From Isurus oxyrinchus (Eukaryota): 64,000 nt of DNA. A program made the translations under genes and the position numbers. Location: the NCBI GenBank assembly GCA_026770705.1, contig JANJGN010000152.1:868001-932000 (forward strand), read 5' to 3'. This document shows positions 11,300 to 24,112 of this stretch, one piece after another. The notes beneath the pieces are model-generated. The model had not been told where the DNA came from. It saw only the letters and a program-made list of their open reading frames with translations, and made no database searches. The number at the start of each line of letters is the position of its first letter. Within the stretch, counting starts at the first letter, position 1.

Positions 11300-13210
11300 A
11301 AACAGACACACTGTCTCAATCATTACTGCACTGGACCATGTCCCTGTTCATAATAAACTTGACCCTGTGTCTATATGTATTACACTAATTCAAATCTCTG
11401 ATCATATTACAATCGGTCGTGTCTCAGTTATTTCTGTAATAGGCCCAATCTCAGTTGTTAATACAACGGACCAAGGCCATATTACTATAATAATAAAAAC
11501 AAAAAAAACTGCAGATGCTGGAAATCCAAAACAAAAACAGAATTGCCTGGAAAAACTCAGCAGGTCTGGCAGCATCGGTGGAGAAGAAAAGAGTTGAACT
11601 AGTTCTGTCGAAGGGTCATGAGGACTCGAAACGTCAACTCTTTTCTTCTCCGCCGATGCTGCCAGACCTGCTGAGTTTTTCCAGGTAATTCTGTTTTTGT
11701 CAAGGCCATATTACACTCGACATTCCCTTCGTTATGATTGCATTGACCCATATTTTGGCTGATATGACAATCGCCCATGTCTCAGCTGTTACTCCACTAG
11801 TACTTGTCTCTGCTTATACTAAACCAGAACATGTTCCAGTTTGCATGACACAATATCTGTCTCAGATATTGCAATAATAGACCCTGCCACATTTATACTA
11901 AACTAGTGGATGTCTCGGTCAATGCTATGTCTATGTCCCTGTTTATATTACATGATGCCCTGTCACTGTTACTATTGTTAATACAATGTCTCTCTTATTG
12001 CTGCACTTGTCAACATCTCTTTATATTAATCCAGGCACTTAGTTGGTAATTACTACACTAGGTTCTGTCTCAGTTTACATTAGTCAAGGTCCTGTAACAG
12101 GTAAAATTACAGTATACTCCGTGTCAGTTTCCTTTCACTAGATCCTGTCTTGGTTATTACTAAACTAGACCATGTTGCTGTTCATATTACACAAGGCCTT
12201 GCCTCATTTATTACTGCACTCGGCACTGCCTCACTTTTTATTCCAGTAGATCATGTCCCTGTTTATATTACATTAGATGACGTCTTTGCTTATATTCTGT
12301 TAGACCACACCTGAGTACGTATTCCCCTGCCTGTCTCCATTTACATTACGCTGGACCTTATTTCTGTTTATATTAAACTGGACCTTGTCTCAGTTTATAT
12401 TACAATGGACCCCGTCTCAGTTTATAGTACACTGGACTCTGTCTCAATTTATATTGCTCTAGACCCCGTCTCAGTTTATATTACACTAGAACCTGCCTCA
12501 GTTTATATTACACTAGACGTTGTCTCAGTTTAAATTAGATTAGATCCTGTATTTGTTATGGCTGTACAGACTATGTCCCTGTTTATATTACACAAGGCCA
12601 AGTCTGTTATTAATGCACTAAATCCTGGCTCAGCAATCGCTGAGACTAGGCTCGGTCACGGTTTATATTGCTGTAGGTGCTGTATCAATAATTGGAGCAC
12701 TCAGCCCTGTCTCAGTACTACTGCACCAGACCCTGACTTTGTTTATATTGAAATAGATTATGTCTATGATAATATTACACCAGTCCCTGCCGCAGTTATT
12801 TCAGTGCTCGGCCTCGTCTCAGCTGTTCCGATTTCAGCCGTGTCTCTGGTTGCATCACCTATGGCAAAGTCTCTGGACCCAATGTTTTTACATACAAAGG
12901 TCAAGCCTGCCTTTGTTGTTGCTGCACGAGTTCATACATCTTATATTACACACACTTTGTCTCTGTTTTTATTCCAATGGATCATGTTTTTATTTATCTT
13001 ACACGAGAGGCAATCTCAGTTATTACTGCACCAGGTCCTCTCTAGGAGTTTATTAATCTATGCACCAGATCCTAGCCCCGAGAGTGGATTAATATCAATT
13101 GATATTAAGCCAGGTACTTATTCAGTAATTACTGCACTAAACCTGCGTCAATTATTTCTAGACTAGACCATGTCACTGTTATTCCTGCAGTGTTCTATGT
13201 CTCTGTGATT
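11300..13210 (-). repeat. 27-bp minisatellite, diverged
   Basis: ctagaccctgtctcagtttatattaca units, clearest at 12350-12550. Confidence 0.85.
11486..11700. mobile_element. Short palindromic Penelope-associated element with 14-bp target duplication
   Basis: Inverted arms ..aaactcagcaggtctggcagcatcgg..; caaggccatattac at 11472-11485 and 11701-11714; related copies at ~15880, 16980, 22350, 24800, 40165, 40450. Confidence 0.75.
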
Positions 13211-14987
13211 TGGAGGGGTAATGTTATAAACAAAGGTGTTGACGTGGGAATTTTTCTCTGGAGTTGGCCTAAAACGGGCGGTATTTGATGGCCCATTCTT
13301 TGCAGCACCTGACAGTTATTTTCATTTAGTTTCAGTTAGGGAAATTGTATATCAGGTGTCGCCTGTTATGTGTGTTGTATGCACAAAGAACATGCTTCTT
13401 GCTTATACCGTCATTTCTCAAAGATTAACGATGACCTCCACCAGAATGTTTCAATGCTTAATTTTCTTTCACTCAGAATGTAACTACGGATGATTTAGTA
13501 CCGCAAATGTTTATTGATAACATGTTTCGTTGTGCACTTTTGTTTAGGAAGTGATGTCATACTGACCATGTCGTTACTAAGACGATCACGTCCATCACCA
13601 AATTCATTGAATATCTCTTCTCTCTCTGTCTGAGGCAGCGNNNNNNNNNNNNNNNNNNNNNNNNNNNNNNNNNNNNNNNNNNNNNNNNNNNNNNNNNNNN
13701 NNNNNNNNNNNNNNNNNNNNNNNNNNNNNNNNNNNNNNNNNNNNNNNNNNNNNNNNNNNNNNNNNNNNNNNCCTCTTACTCATTTCGAATCTGCTGTTAT
13801 CTAATAACACTCTTAGGAGAAAATCCATTTTTTTCAATAATTTCCATTCATTTCTCTCAGTGACAATCTTCAGTCCATTCCATCCTTCAGTGATTGTGTT
13901 CAAATGCAAAACTACACATTTATTTAAGTCGCAGATTGTTTAATACTGTAACAATTTATTGATAATTATTCTGTTGTGTGCATTTGTTTATAAAATGATA
14001 TCAGACTGACTACTTAGTTTCTGAGGTAGGTTTATTTGTCTCCGATGGTCAGTTGGAAAGTGAATTAAATCCCATCAAGAATAACAAGCAGCTTATGAAC
14101 AAATGGCAACTCAGCATCTCACAGAATCTCCTGATATATATCGAATGTGAGGTTACTTCTTCAAATTATGGCAAAAATAAAACATTATCTATATCTGACA
14201 TGAGATAAATACACCTGTAATTCTCCGGCTTATTATTCCTGTTGATGAGAAGAATTGAAACTCCTGCTGCTCTCCAGAGAAATTCCATTATTTCTGTTTC
14301 CACTGTTTTTATCATTATCTTCACAAATTCCACCGCAACCGCTCGAATCATTTTTGCCTGATTGGTCTGAAAATAAACCAGGATCAAGTGCAGCATAAGC
14401 AGAGAGCGGACCTGGTGTAACATAAGCAAAGATATGGACCAGTGCAGAATAACAAAGATGAGATCTCGTGCAATATAAAAAGAGATATTGGCTGTTTAGG
14501 TAATGACAGATAATGTAATGTAACCAATGATATGGGCTAGTGCAGTAATAATCGAGACAGGCTTGGTGTAATATAAATGGAAATATAGTCTGGAGCATAA
14601 TAACGGTAACAGGACCTGGTGTAATAGAAACAGAGATATGGAGTAGTTTAGTAATTTGGAGAGACAGAACCTGGTCAAATATTATCAGAGAAATCGGCTG
14701 GTGCAGTAATAACAGGTACTGGTCTAATACAGACAGAGACGTGCGCTAGAACAGTGATAACACAAACTTTCTCTGGGAGTAACATAAACAGAGAAATGGG
14801 CTAGTTCAGGAATAAGACAGAGAGGGGACCTGGTATAACATTCCAGTGTACAAGTTTTTGTGTAAGCATAGTTGCAAAATTGTTTTGCATTAAACAACAA
14901 ATGAAAGAGGTCATCGTGGATCCCTAACAGAAGCAAGATCAACATTAAAAATATCAGAAACAGGTTCCTATTGAAAAGTATAGGTAC

Positions 14988-15724
14988 AAGGTTTTCAGAA
15001 ATAATGAGAGAGGTTTGCATGTGAATTTCAGTGGCAGGTCTGTTCTTAGTACAACTATTACAGAGACAGCGTTTTATACAATGATAGGATACAGGGAACA
15101 GATTAAAATCAGGGAAGTTGTGTCTAACAAATGCAATGTTTGATGATAACAGGGGATGGCAGGTTGCACTGCGCCAATGAATATTCACTGGATCCAGTGT
15201 GATAACGGCAGAGTCAGCATCTGATCCACCCAAAGGTTTTCAGAAATAATGAGAGAGGTTTGCATGTGAATTTCAGTGGCAGGTCTGTTCTTAGTACAAC
15301 TATTACAGAGACAGCGTTTTATACAATGATAGGATACAGGGAACAGATTAAAATCAGGGAAGTTGTGTCTAACAAATGCAATGTTTGATGATAACAGGGG
15401 ATGGCAGGTTGCACTGCGCCAATGAATATTCACTGGATCCAGTGTGATAACGGCAGAGTCAGCATCTGATCCACCCAAAGGTTTTCAGAAATAATGAGAG
15501 AGGTTTGCATGTGAATTTCAGTGGCAGGTCTGTTCTTAGTACAACTATTACAGAGACAGCGTTTTATACAATGATAGGATACAGGGAACAGATTAAAATC
15601 AGGGAAGTTGTGTCTAACAAATGCAATGTTTGATGATAACAGGGGATGGCAGGTTGCACTGCGCCAATGAATATTCACTGGATCCAGTGTGATAACGGCA
15701 GAGTCAGCATCTGATCCACCCAAA
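14988..15724. repeat. 245-bp tandem repeat, three apparently identical copies
   Basis: Units start at 14988, 15233 and 15478; the same peptide recurs in the ORF track. Confidence 0.95.
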
Positions 15725-16559
15725 TCGAAGTTGGGCTTGATATAATAGTGCATGAGACAACGTCAATTGATACAATAGCAAATCTTCTGCCTAATGTATA
15801 ATAACAGAGTCAAGCACCACTGCAATATGAATGGGATGGAGTTGGTGTAATAACACTGACACAGTCTAGTGTAATAGCAAATAAAACATAACATTCTGAA
15901 ATTACCCTGCAGGTCAGGCAGAATCTGTGGCGATAAACAGAGTGAACGTTTCATGGCAATAACCCTTCAGCAGAACCGGGGTCATCGATTAGAAACTTTA
16001 ACACTGCTTCTCTCCACAGCCACTGCACTCCCGAATGGTACTGTTGGTGGTCCTCCTGCTTTTGAGCTTCAGATTCAACTCCAGGCTCCGTTGACAACGG
16101 GAAGAGCGTTGGTGTGACAGAACGCCGGTTTTTAATTAGCTTACAAAATCCTCTCGCCTCTCCGTACTTTCCACAAGGCTGCAAAGTATATGACGACCCG
16201 GAAAACAAACAGGATCGACACCTGCTGTCTGACCTGTTGAGGATTCCCAGCACATTCGGTTTTTATTTTAGATTTGTAGCATCTGTCATGTGTTGCCGTT
16301 GTACTAATGCAATGGGAATTGCGGATACATCATGTCAACATTGTCGAATTAGCGTCACTCTTAACCCCTGGGTCAAAAGGTTGTGGGTTGAAGCCTCAAT
16401 CCAGAGAGTTGACCAGTGCTCACGGTGAGAGTTTATATTTGTTTTAAAATATCATATATTATATATTTTATATTATATTAATTTTATATTTGCCTTTCTG
16501 TTCTTTTATCCATTATTTTCTTACACTCAGGAGGAGGAATTAAAGACAGAGAAACTCTA

Positions 16560-16769
16560 GACAGTTTCTCCATCCAGCAAAGGACGGGTTCCTGGGACAC
16601 TGTTGCTGCTTTGACCTTCCCGCCCTCTCCAAAAATACAAACAACATCTCCCTCCTTGGATTTGCAAAGGGAATTCTGACTGCCGGGCCCGGGCCAGACT
16701 GGGGCCTGATCCAATACTAATCACACAGGCCGGCTCCAGTGTAACAATAACAGAGGCTGCTGCTTCCAT
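16560..16769 (-). pseudogene. Truncated V relic (leader plus FR1)
   Basis: Leader-like MEAAASVIVTL..; then VKAATVSQEP../LDGETV. Confidence 0.4.
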
Positions 16770-17184
16770 TAAGAGAGGCAGGGGGTCTGATAAACATCTG
16801 ATCGTAATAGGGTGTGAAAGTGTGAGGAAGCAATGACGTTTAGGGCCTTAGTGCAAGCTTCTGTGTTATAGTGAGTGACCCAGGGATTTGTGAGGTAAAA
16901 ACGGAGCGGAAACATCATGACGTAGGCCCGTGTGACTGACTCCACCTGACTGAGAGCTGTTATACCCAAGGGGAGGACAATAATAAAAACAGAATTACCT
17001 GGAAAAACTCAGCAGGTCTGGCAGCATCGGCGGAGAAGAAAAGAGTTGACGTTTCGAGTCCTCATGACCCTTCGACAGAACTTGATTTATGGCGGACTCC
17101 AGAGATTTCTGATATCTGAGGGGTCAATGCTGCATCTGTCAGAGGAATAGAAAATAATCTACTCCTTCTCATTCTTACCGACAG

Positions 17185-17510
17185 TTCACCATTTACACAG
17201 ACACGCAAGGGCCGGACCTGGCAGCTTGTAGAAACCAATGTTTAAATCTTCAGCTTGAGGCACATGATGACTGAAAAGATTAAACACCGAAACCTCACCA
17301 GAGGAAAAATCAGAGCCGAAAATGTTAAAGATAATCGTGCATTCTACTAAACGAGCTCTATTCAGTGTTATTATTTTGTACAAAATAGAGATTTGTAAAT
17401 AGTGGTGAACTTCTGAATGATTCCTGGCAATTATCGACACACTCAAGCGCTGTCAAAAGACAGGATTAACAGAAGACGAAAGCTGTGTAATTATTGCATT
17501 TTATTTGGGC
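17185..17510 (+). pseudogene. Degenerate IgV-like exon; 5' half is an inverted paralog of 18720-18865
   Basis: Polypyrimidine-cag acceptor at 17184; 3' end gaagacgaaagctgtgtaattattgc resembles EDEAVYYC with indels. Confidence 0.4.
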
Positions 17511-18619
17511 TCAATGAGGGACAGAAGTAGATACAGGAAAGCTGCTGGGACAACGATATAGATGAGCATTACAGTTTGTCCCATTCCCTGTAATCCTTCA
17601 AATTTTAACCCCTTTAAGTATTTATAGAATTCATTTTACTAAGTTACTATTAACCTGATTCCATCACTCTTTCGAGTTGTGTTTCCAGTTCAGAACAGCT
17701 CGCCGTGTGAAAAAAAAATAAACAATTATCCTCCTGCCTTCCTGTTCAAAAAAGTAAGTTAGCGTCCGCTGGTTACTGACCCTCCTACAGTTGAAATAGT
17801 CTCTCTTTATTCACAATATCGTAACTTTCATGATTTTGAACGCTTCTATTTAATAGACACAGAGAGGTGGAGAGAGATACACTAGAGAAATAAACAGAGA
17901 TAAAACTAGGAAAGGAGACTTAAAATGACAAAGGGAGACGGAATGTTGCAGAGAAACAGAGGAAACAAGTTTGGAGGGAAAGTGTGTGTGCCTAGCGGGT
18001 AGCGGAGGGGTGGGGGAGCGGTGTTAGTGGGGTGTGGAGGAGGACTTAGAGTGGGCGCGGGTGGTGGAGCATGACAACGAAAAATGAAAAGTAGCAAGAT
18101 CTCATTTCCCCGTTTTAGGGACTCGAGGGAGCTCAGTGACTGACAATCCAGTTATGTCCTGGAAATGGAAGCTCTAAACGGATCACACAGGCTCATTTGT
18201 AAGTGTCACCGCAATGTGATCTGTGTGACTCTGCCCCGACTCTGTGGCCAGAAATAGGCCGCCTTGACAGATGTTCTCACCAGATTGTGGCCCCTGGATT
18301 TATTTTCTGCTCAGAAGTGAGATGTGCGGTTTGGAACCGGCAGCAGAGAAACAGGAAGTTGTGCTACCTGAGAATGAAACAGCAGGCGTCAGTTTCATGT
18401 TATCACCGTGAACAGTCTTCCTGCCTGTGACGGTGAACTCACTCTGACAGCATCAAGAACAACCACACAGATTGCTGTCGGCCTCAGCATTACATTCACC
18501 TCCATTCCCAATTTAAAGAATTAAATAAACGAGGTTATTTTGGTTATAACTTATTAACTGAAGGCGAGATTGACTGAATGTTATCACTGGGAGAAAAGAG
18601 GGGAAATTAAAACAATAAA

Positions 18620-18865
18620 ACCGCTCACAGGGGGTTATTCTAAAATGGAAAGTTTTAAGAGGGTTTGGTGCTGCCTCAGAGAAAGAGAGGAGAGCAGTTA
18701 AGTGAGTGAGCTGATGTCTTTATGGCACTGAATTTTCCTCTGATGAGGTTTTGACACTTAATATTTTTCAGTGATAATGTGCCTTAAGCAAAAGATTTAA
18801 ACATTGGTTCTTCGAAGCTGCCAGATCCGGCTCTTGTGAGTCTGTGCAAGTGAGTTAAGTGAAGT
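18620..18865 (-). pseudogene. Degenerate exon, paralog of 17185-17330
   Basis: Shares ggcagctt..aaccaatgtttaaatctt..aggcacat..aaacctca.cagaggaaaa; acceptor ctctctcag. Confidence 0.4.
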
Positions 18866-19327
18866 CTGAGAGAGAGAAGAGAGGTTAACTGATTTAGGTG
18901 TATTCTGAGACAGAGGAAGAGAGGGAAGAAGTTCAGTGAGTCATTTCAAAGATGTATTTACCATGATAATGGAATGGCCAGCTTGACATTACTTTCCAGT
19001 GCACTCAAGACAATGCATTACCGATAAATATTAATGGCAGCATAGGCAGCATATAGATATATTCTCAATAAACTATCATAACTTGCTGAAAAATAATTAT
19101 AATGTCTTTTGAAAGCAATGAAGCATGATATGTTCTAGATGTACCCGCACACATTCACACTCACACACACACACGCACAGGCACACGCGCATGCTCAGCN
19201 NNNNNNNNNNNNNNNNNNNNNNNNNNNNNNNNNNNNNNNNNNNNNNNNNNNNNNNNNNNNNNNNNNNNNNNNNNNNNNNNNNNNNNNNNNNNNNNNNNNN
19301 NNNNNNNNNNNNNNNNNNNNNNNNNNN

Positions 19328-19811
19328 ATTGGTTATTAGGAGCCTGCTGCCGCTCATTCGCCTTCAGATCTTGTCTCTCACAATCAGTGACCACGGCAAA
19401 AGCAAACAGACATTCCTGTTGAAAGAAGGAAAAATATCTGTAAATTATAGAAACCTGTGAGCAATTGCCATTGATAAAGTCAAGTATGAATCAGTCATCT
19501 CCAACACAATGCAGTTTGTGACTAAGTTGTGCAATGTGCAGTGCAATGTGGTTCATCTTTGTTTCTAATCCTCAACCTCATTGATGAAGGGAATGTTACA
19601 AGATTCAGCCCAACCTTTCAGCACAAACAGTACACACATCACACTAGAGCAATTAGAAATTGCATACAACGCCTAATAGTTAGCATCAAGACTAAATGTA
19701 TTCTTTCAAAACCTTTTGACCCAGAGGATATTATGACATTTTAAAAATTAATACTCACCTGTTCACCTGGCTCTCTCTCCACCTCTGTACAGTTATCAGA
19801 GGCTTTTTATA
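19328..19811 (-). pseudogene. TATA-driven secreted/membrane-protein gene relic (noncoding exon 1, signal-peptide exon, third exon running into the gap)
   Basis: tataaaaa at 19804-11; cag|gtgagt at 19759; exon 19615-19672 reads MQFLIALV/MCVLFVLK with a 1-nt deletion; acceptors at ~19416 and ~19438. Confidence 0.4.
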
Positions 19812-19929
19812 GTGAAGTAATAACTGAGACGTAGTCTCGTGTATTAATAAATGGGATTGGAGCTTTATAACATAAGGTGAGACATAGAAGAGTACAGTAA
19901 TGAATGAAACAGCCTAAAACAGTAATATC

Positions 19930-21080
19930 ACAGAATCATAGAATCACAGAACTTTAATGGCACAGAAGGAGGCCATTCAGCCCAACTTGTCTGCATCGGA
20001 CCTCCAAATGAGCATTCTGACATAGTGCCATTGCCCTGGCTTTTCCCCGCACCCTAGCACTTTGTTTCTATTCAAATAATCATTTAACGCCCTTTTGAAT
20101 GCCTCAGTTGAACCTGCCTTCCTCACACTTCCAGTCAGTGTATTCCAGGCTGAACCACTCGCTATGTGAAAAAATAAGTTCTCACGTCACATTTGCTTCT
20201 TTTGCAAACCACTTTAAACCTGTGCCCTCTCGTTCTTTATCCTTTTACGGATGGGAACAGTTTCTTCCTCTCTACTCTGTCCAGCCCACGCATGATTTTG
20301 AATACTTCAATCAAATCTCCTCTCAGCCTTCTCCTCTCCGTGGAACACAATCCCAGCTTCTCCAATCTCCCCTCATAACTGAAATTTCTCATCCCTGGGT
20401 ACATTCTTCTAAACCTCTTCAGCACTCTCTCCAATATCTTCACATCCTTCCTTTGATATCGTACCAAGGACGGCACACAATATTCCAGCTGAGGTCTATC
20501 GATATAAATTCAGCAGAACCTCCCTGCTCGTGTACTCTATGCCCCCATTAATAGAGCGCAGGATACTATATGCTTTATTAACTGTTCTCTCCACCTGTCC
20601 TGCCACTTTCAATGATCTCTGCATATCTACACCCAAGTCTTTCTGCTCCTACACTTCTTTCAAAACTCCACCCCTTATTTGTTTTGCCTGTCCATGTTCC
20701 TCTTACCAAAATGCATCACCTCACACTTCTCCACATTGAATTTCATCTGCCACCTATCTGCCCAATCCACCAACTTGTCTGTGTCCTCTTGAAGTTCCAC
20801 ACCATTCCCCTGGCAGTTTGCAACAGTCCCAAGCTTTGTATCATCCGCAAACTTTCAAATTGTCCCCTGCACACCAAGGCCTAGATGGTTAATATATATC
20901 AGGAAAAGCAAGGGTCCCAATACCGACCCCTGGGGAACTGCACTACAAACCTTCCTCCAGCCCGAAAAACATCAATTGACCATTACTCCCTGCTTCCTTT
21001 TTTTCAGCTAACTTTGTAACCACATTGCTTCTGTCCCTTTTATTCCATGAGCTATAGCTTTTCTCACAATTTGGTTGTCA
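19930..21080 (-). mobile_element. CR1 LINE fragment
   Basis: ERRRLRGDLIEVFKIM; [10 protein letters not shown] at ~20920. Confidence 0.85.
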
Positions 21081-21389
21081 GATAAATCCTAATAAAATAC
21101 AAACTGAGACTTTGTACAATGCAACAGCAGCTCAGGAATTGCCACTTGCAGTATATATAGAGGCACGGCTATGTGCATTAATAAACAAAGCATCATATAA
21201 TGTAATAGAGATAGAGAAATAGTCTAGTGCAGTAATAACAGAGAAAAGGTCAATTGTAGTGTATATAGAGGCATGGTCCAGTGCATTAATAAGTTAAACT
21301 GCAGATAGCATTATATACACAGATACAATGCTGAGAGAAAGATAAAAGGAGAAATGGTAAGTAATTGTGAAAACTAATAGAATGTTATA

Positions 21390-22020
21390 ATTTATTGTGA
21401 GAAGAATTGAATACAAATGTACGGAAGTTATGCTTCAGCTATACAGGGCACCAGTGAGATCATGTTTCGTGTACTGTCTACTGTATTAGTCACCTTATTT
21501 AAGGAACGATGTAAATGTGTTGTAAGAGGTTCAGAGAAGGTTTATTAGACTAATACTTGGAATGGGTGGGTTGTCTAATGAGGAATGGTTTGACAGGCTA
21601 GGCTTGTCTTCTGGGGTTTAGAAGAGTAAAAGGTGATTTCACTGAAACATATAATATCCTGAGGGGTCTTGACAGGGTGGATGTGAAGAGGATGTTTCCT
21701 CTTGTGGGAGAATCTGGAATTGGGGTCACTGTTTAAAAATAAGGTGTCAGCCATGTAAAACGGAGATGAAGTGAATATTTTCACTCTCAGGGTCATGAAT
21801 CTTTGGGACTCTCTCCATAAAAAGGCAGTGGAAGCAGAGCCTTGAGGCAGAGGTGGATAGATTCTTGGTAGCAAGGGGGTGATAAGTTATCGGGGGTCGG
21901 CAGGATGCAGATTTCATGTTACTGTCAGATCAGCCATGATATTATGAAATGGTGGAGCAAGCTCGAGGGGCTGAATGGCCTACTCATGCTCCTTGTTCGT
22001 ATGCTCGTGTGTTCGTATGG
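21390..22020 (+). mobile_element. CR1 LINE 3' fragment
   Basis: Similar to 640-1290; gggctgaatggcctactc tail. Confidence 0.8.
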
Positions 22021-22799
22021 TCTGGTACAGTCATCAGTGAGACAAGTTCAGCAAGTCAAGGGCAGTGAGAACTGAAGCATGGTTCAGTGTAAAACAACAA
22101 AACACAATTTGCAGTGAAATATAAATTAAAACATGGTTGTACTACAGTGCGAACTGGATAAGGGTTAATTGGAGTGTCCACAGAAGCACGGCCTAATGTA
22201 GTAACAACTGGCGCATGATATGCATGATATAAACAGCAGCAGCGTCAGGTGTAGTGATAACTGGGAAAGGACCAATTTCAACACAAGTAGAGATATGGAC
22301 GGCTGCAATAATAAACAAGATAAGGTCCATTGTACTATTAACAGTGATAAAAACAAAAAAACTGCGGATGCTGGAAATCCAAAACAAAAACCGAATTACC
22401 AGAGTTCTGTTGAAGGGTCATGAGGACTCGAAACGTCAACTCTTTTCTTCTCCACCGATGCTGCCAGACCTGCTGAGTTTTTCCAGTTAATTCTGTTTTT
22501 GTACTGTTAACAGTGACGTTCACCTGTACAACAATAACTTAAGCAAAATGTAATCTGGCGTTTACAGTTACAATTGAGGGCGTGAAATAAATTGAACAGG
22601 GGATGTATAAGAATTATTAAAACAGGGCCTCGATTGACATAAACTGAGGCAGGGTCCAGTGCAGTGATTCCTGATACAGGATTTAGATTGATATAAACTG
22701 AGACAGGGCCTAGTGAAGTGATTACATATACAGGGCAGAGGTTAGTGTCAACGGAGGAAGGGTCCAATGCAGTAATTACTGATACAGGGTCTAAATTGA

Positions 22800-24112
22800 T
22801 ATAAAAACAGAAAATGCTGGAAAAACGCCATTCCATTCTCTTAGTTCGTTCACCTCCTTCACATCTGTTCCGATGATGCCACTATCCAAAATGATGCTTC
22901 TGACATGCCTTTCTTATTCCTTAACCAAGGTTACCTACCCACTGTGGTTGACAGGGCCCTCAACCGTGTCCGACCCATCTCCCGCGTCTCTGCTTTCACA
23001 CATTCCTCTCTCTCCCAGAATCATGATAGGGTCCCCCTTTTCCTCACGTTTCATCCCACCACCCCAGCATTCAAAGGATCATCCTCCGACTTTTCCGCTA
23101 ACTCCAACATGATGCCACCACCAAACCCACCTTCCCCTCACCACTCCACCCCCACCCCTGTCAGCATTCCACAGGGACCGTTCCCTCCGAGACACCCTGG
23201 TCCACTCCTGCATCATCCGCAACACCTCATCCCTTCCCATAGCACCTTTCCAAGCAATCAGAGAAGATGCAACACCTGCCCATTTACCTCCTCCCTCCTC
23301 ACCGTCCAAGGGCCCAAGTACTCCTTTCAGGTGAAGCACCGCTTCATTGCACCTCCTTCAATTTGGTCGACTGCATTCGATGCTCCCAATGCAGTCTCCT
23401 CTAGATTGGGGACACCAAACACAGACTGGCAGGCTGCTTTGTGGAACACCTTCGGTCTATCTGCAAGCATGTCCTAGTCCTTCCTGTCACTTGCAATTTC
23501 AACACACCATCCTTCTCTGATACCCACATGTCCCTCTTTGACCTGCTGCATTGCCCCAGTGAAGCCCAACGCAAACTGGAGGAACAGAAACTCATCTTCC
23601 GATAATGCACTTTACAGCCTTATTTATTTATTCATTGTTTTATCCTCTTTTAATCCCCTTTTTCATTCCTTTTTATACCGTTTTTCCCCAACCACCCCTA
23701 CCACACCCCCAAAAGGGCCATCAGTTACTTATCCCATGTTGTTCTTTCACAGTGTGTTGATTCTGGCTCTGCTGTTAACACATTCTGCTTTCTTACCTTT
23801 ATGACTCTTTAGCACCTACTTTAGCCTTACTACTGCCATTAACACTCCCTTTTTCTGTTTGCCTATGATATGTTTGTCAGTGTCACCTTACTCCTACCTA
23901 TTGCTTGTCTTCTATCCAGCCTGACCTGCTCCACCCCGCTTAAACAGCAAATGTCATCACATTTTGACTTCTCTTTAGCTCTGAGGAAGGTCATACGATC
24001 TCAGAAAGTTATCTCTGCTTCTCTCACCACAGGTGCTGTCAGACCTGCTGCGATGTCCCAGCATTTTATGCTTTACTTTCAGAGTTCCAGCATCCACACT
24101 ATTTTGCTTTTA
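22800..24112 (+). mobile_element. Penelope-like retroelement (GIY-YIG end), degenerate
   Basis: QGYLPTVVDRAL..RVPLFLTFHP..RRCNTCPF..QGPKYSFQVK; terminal repeat related to the palindromic elements; attgatataaa on both flanks. Confidence 0.75.
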
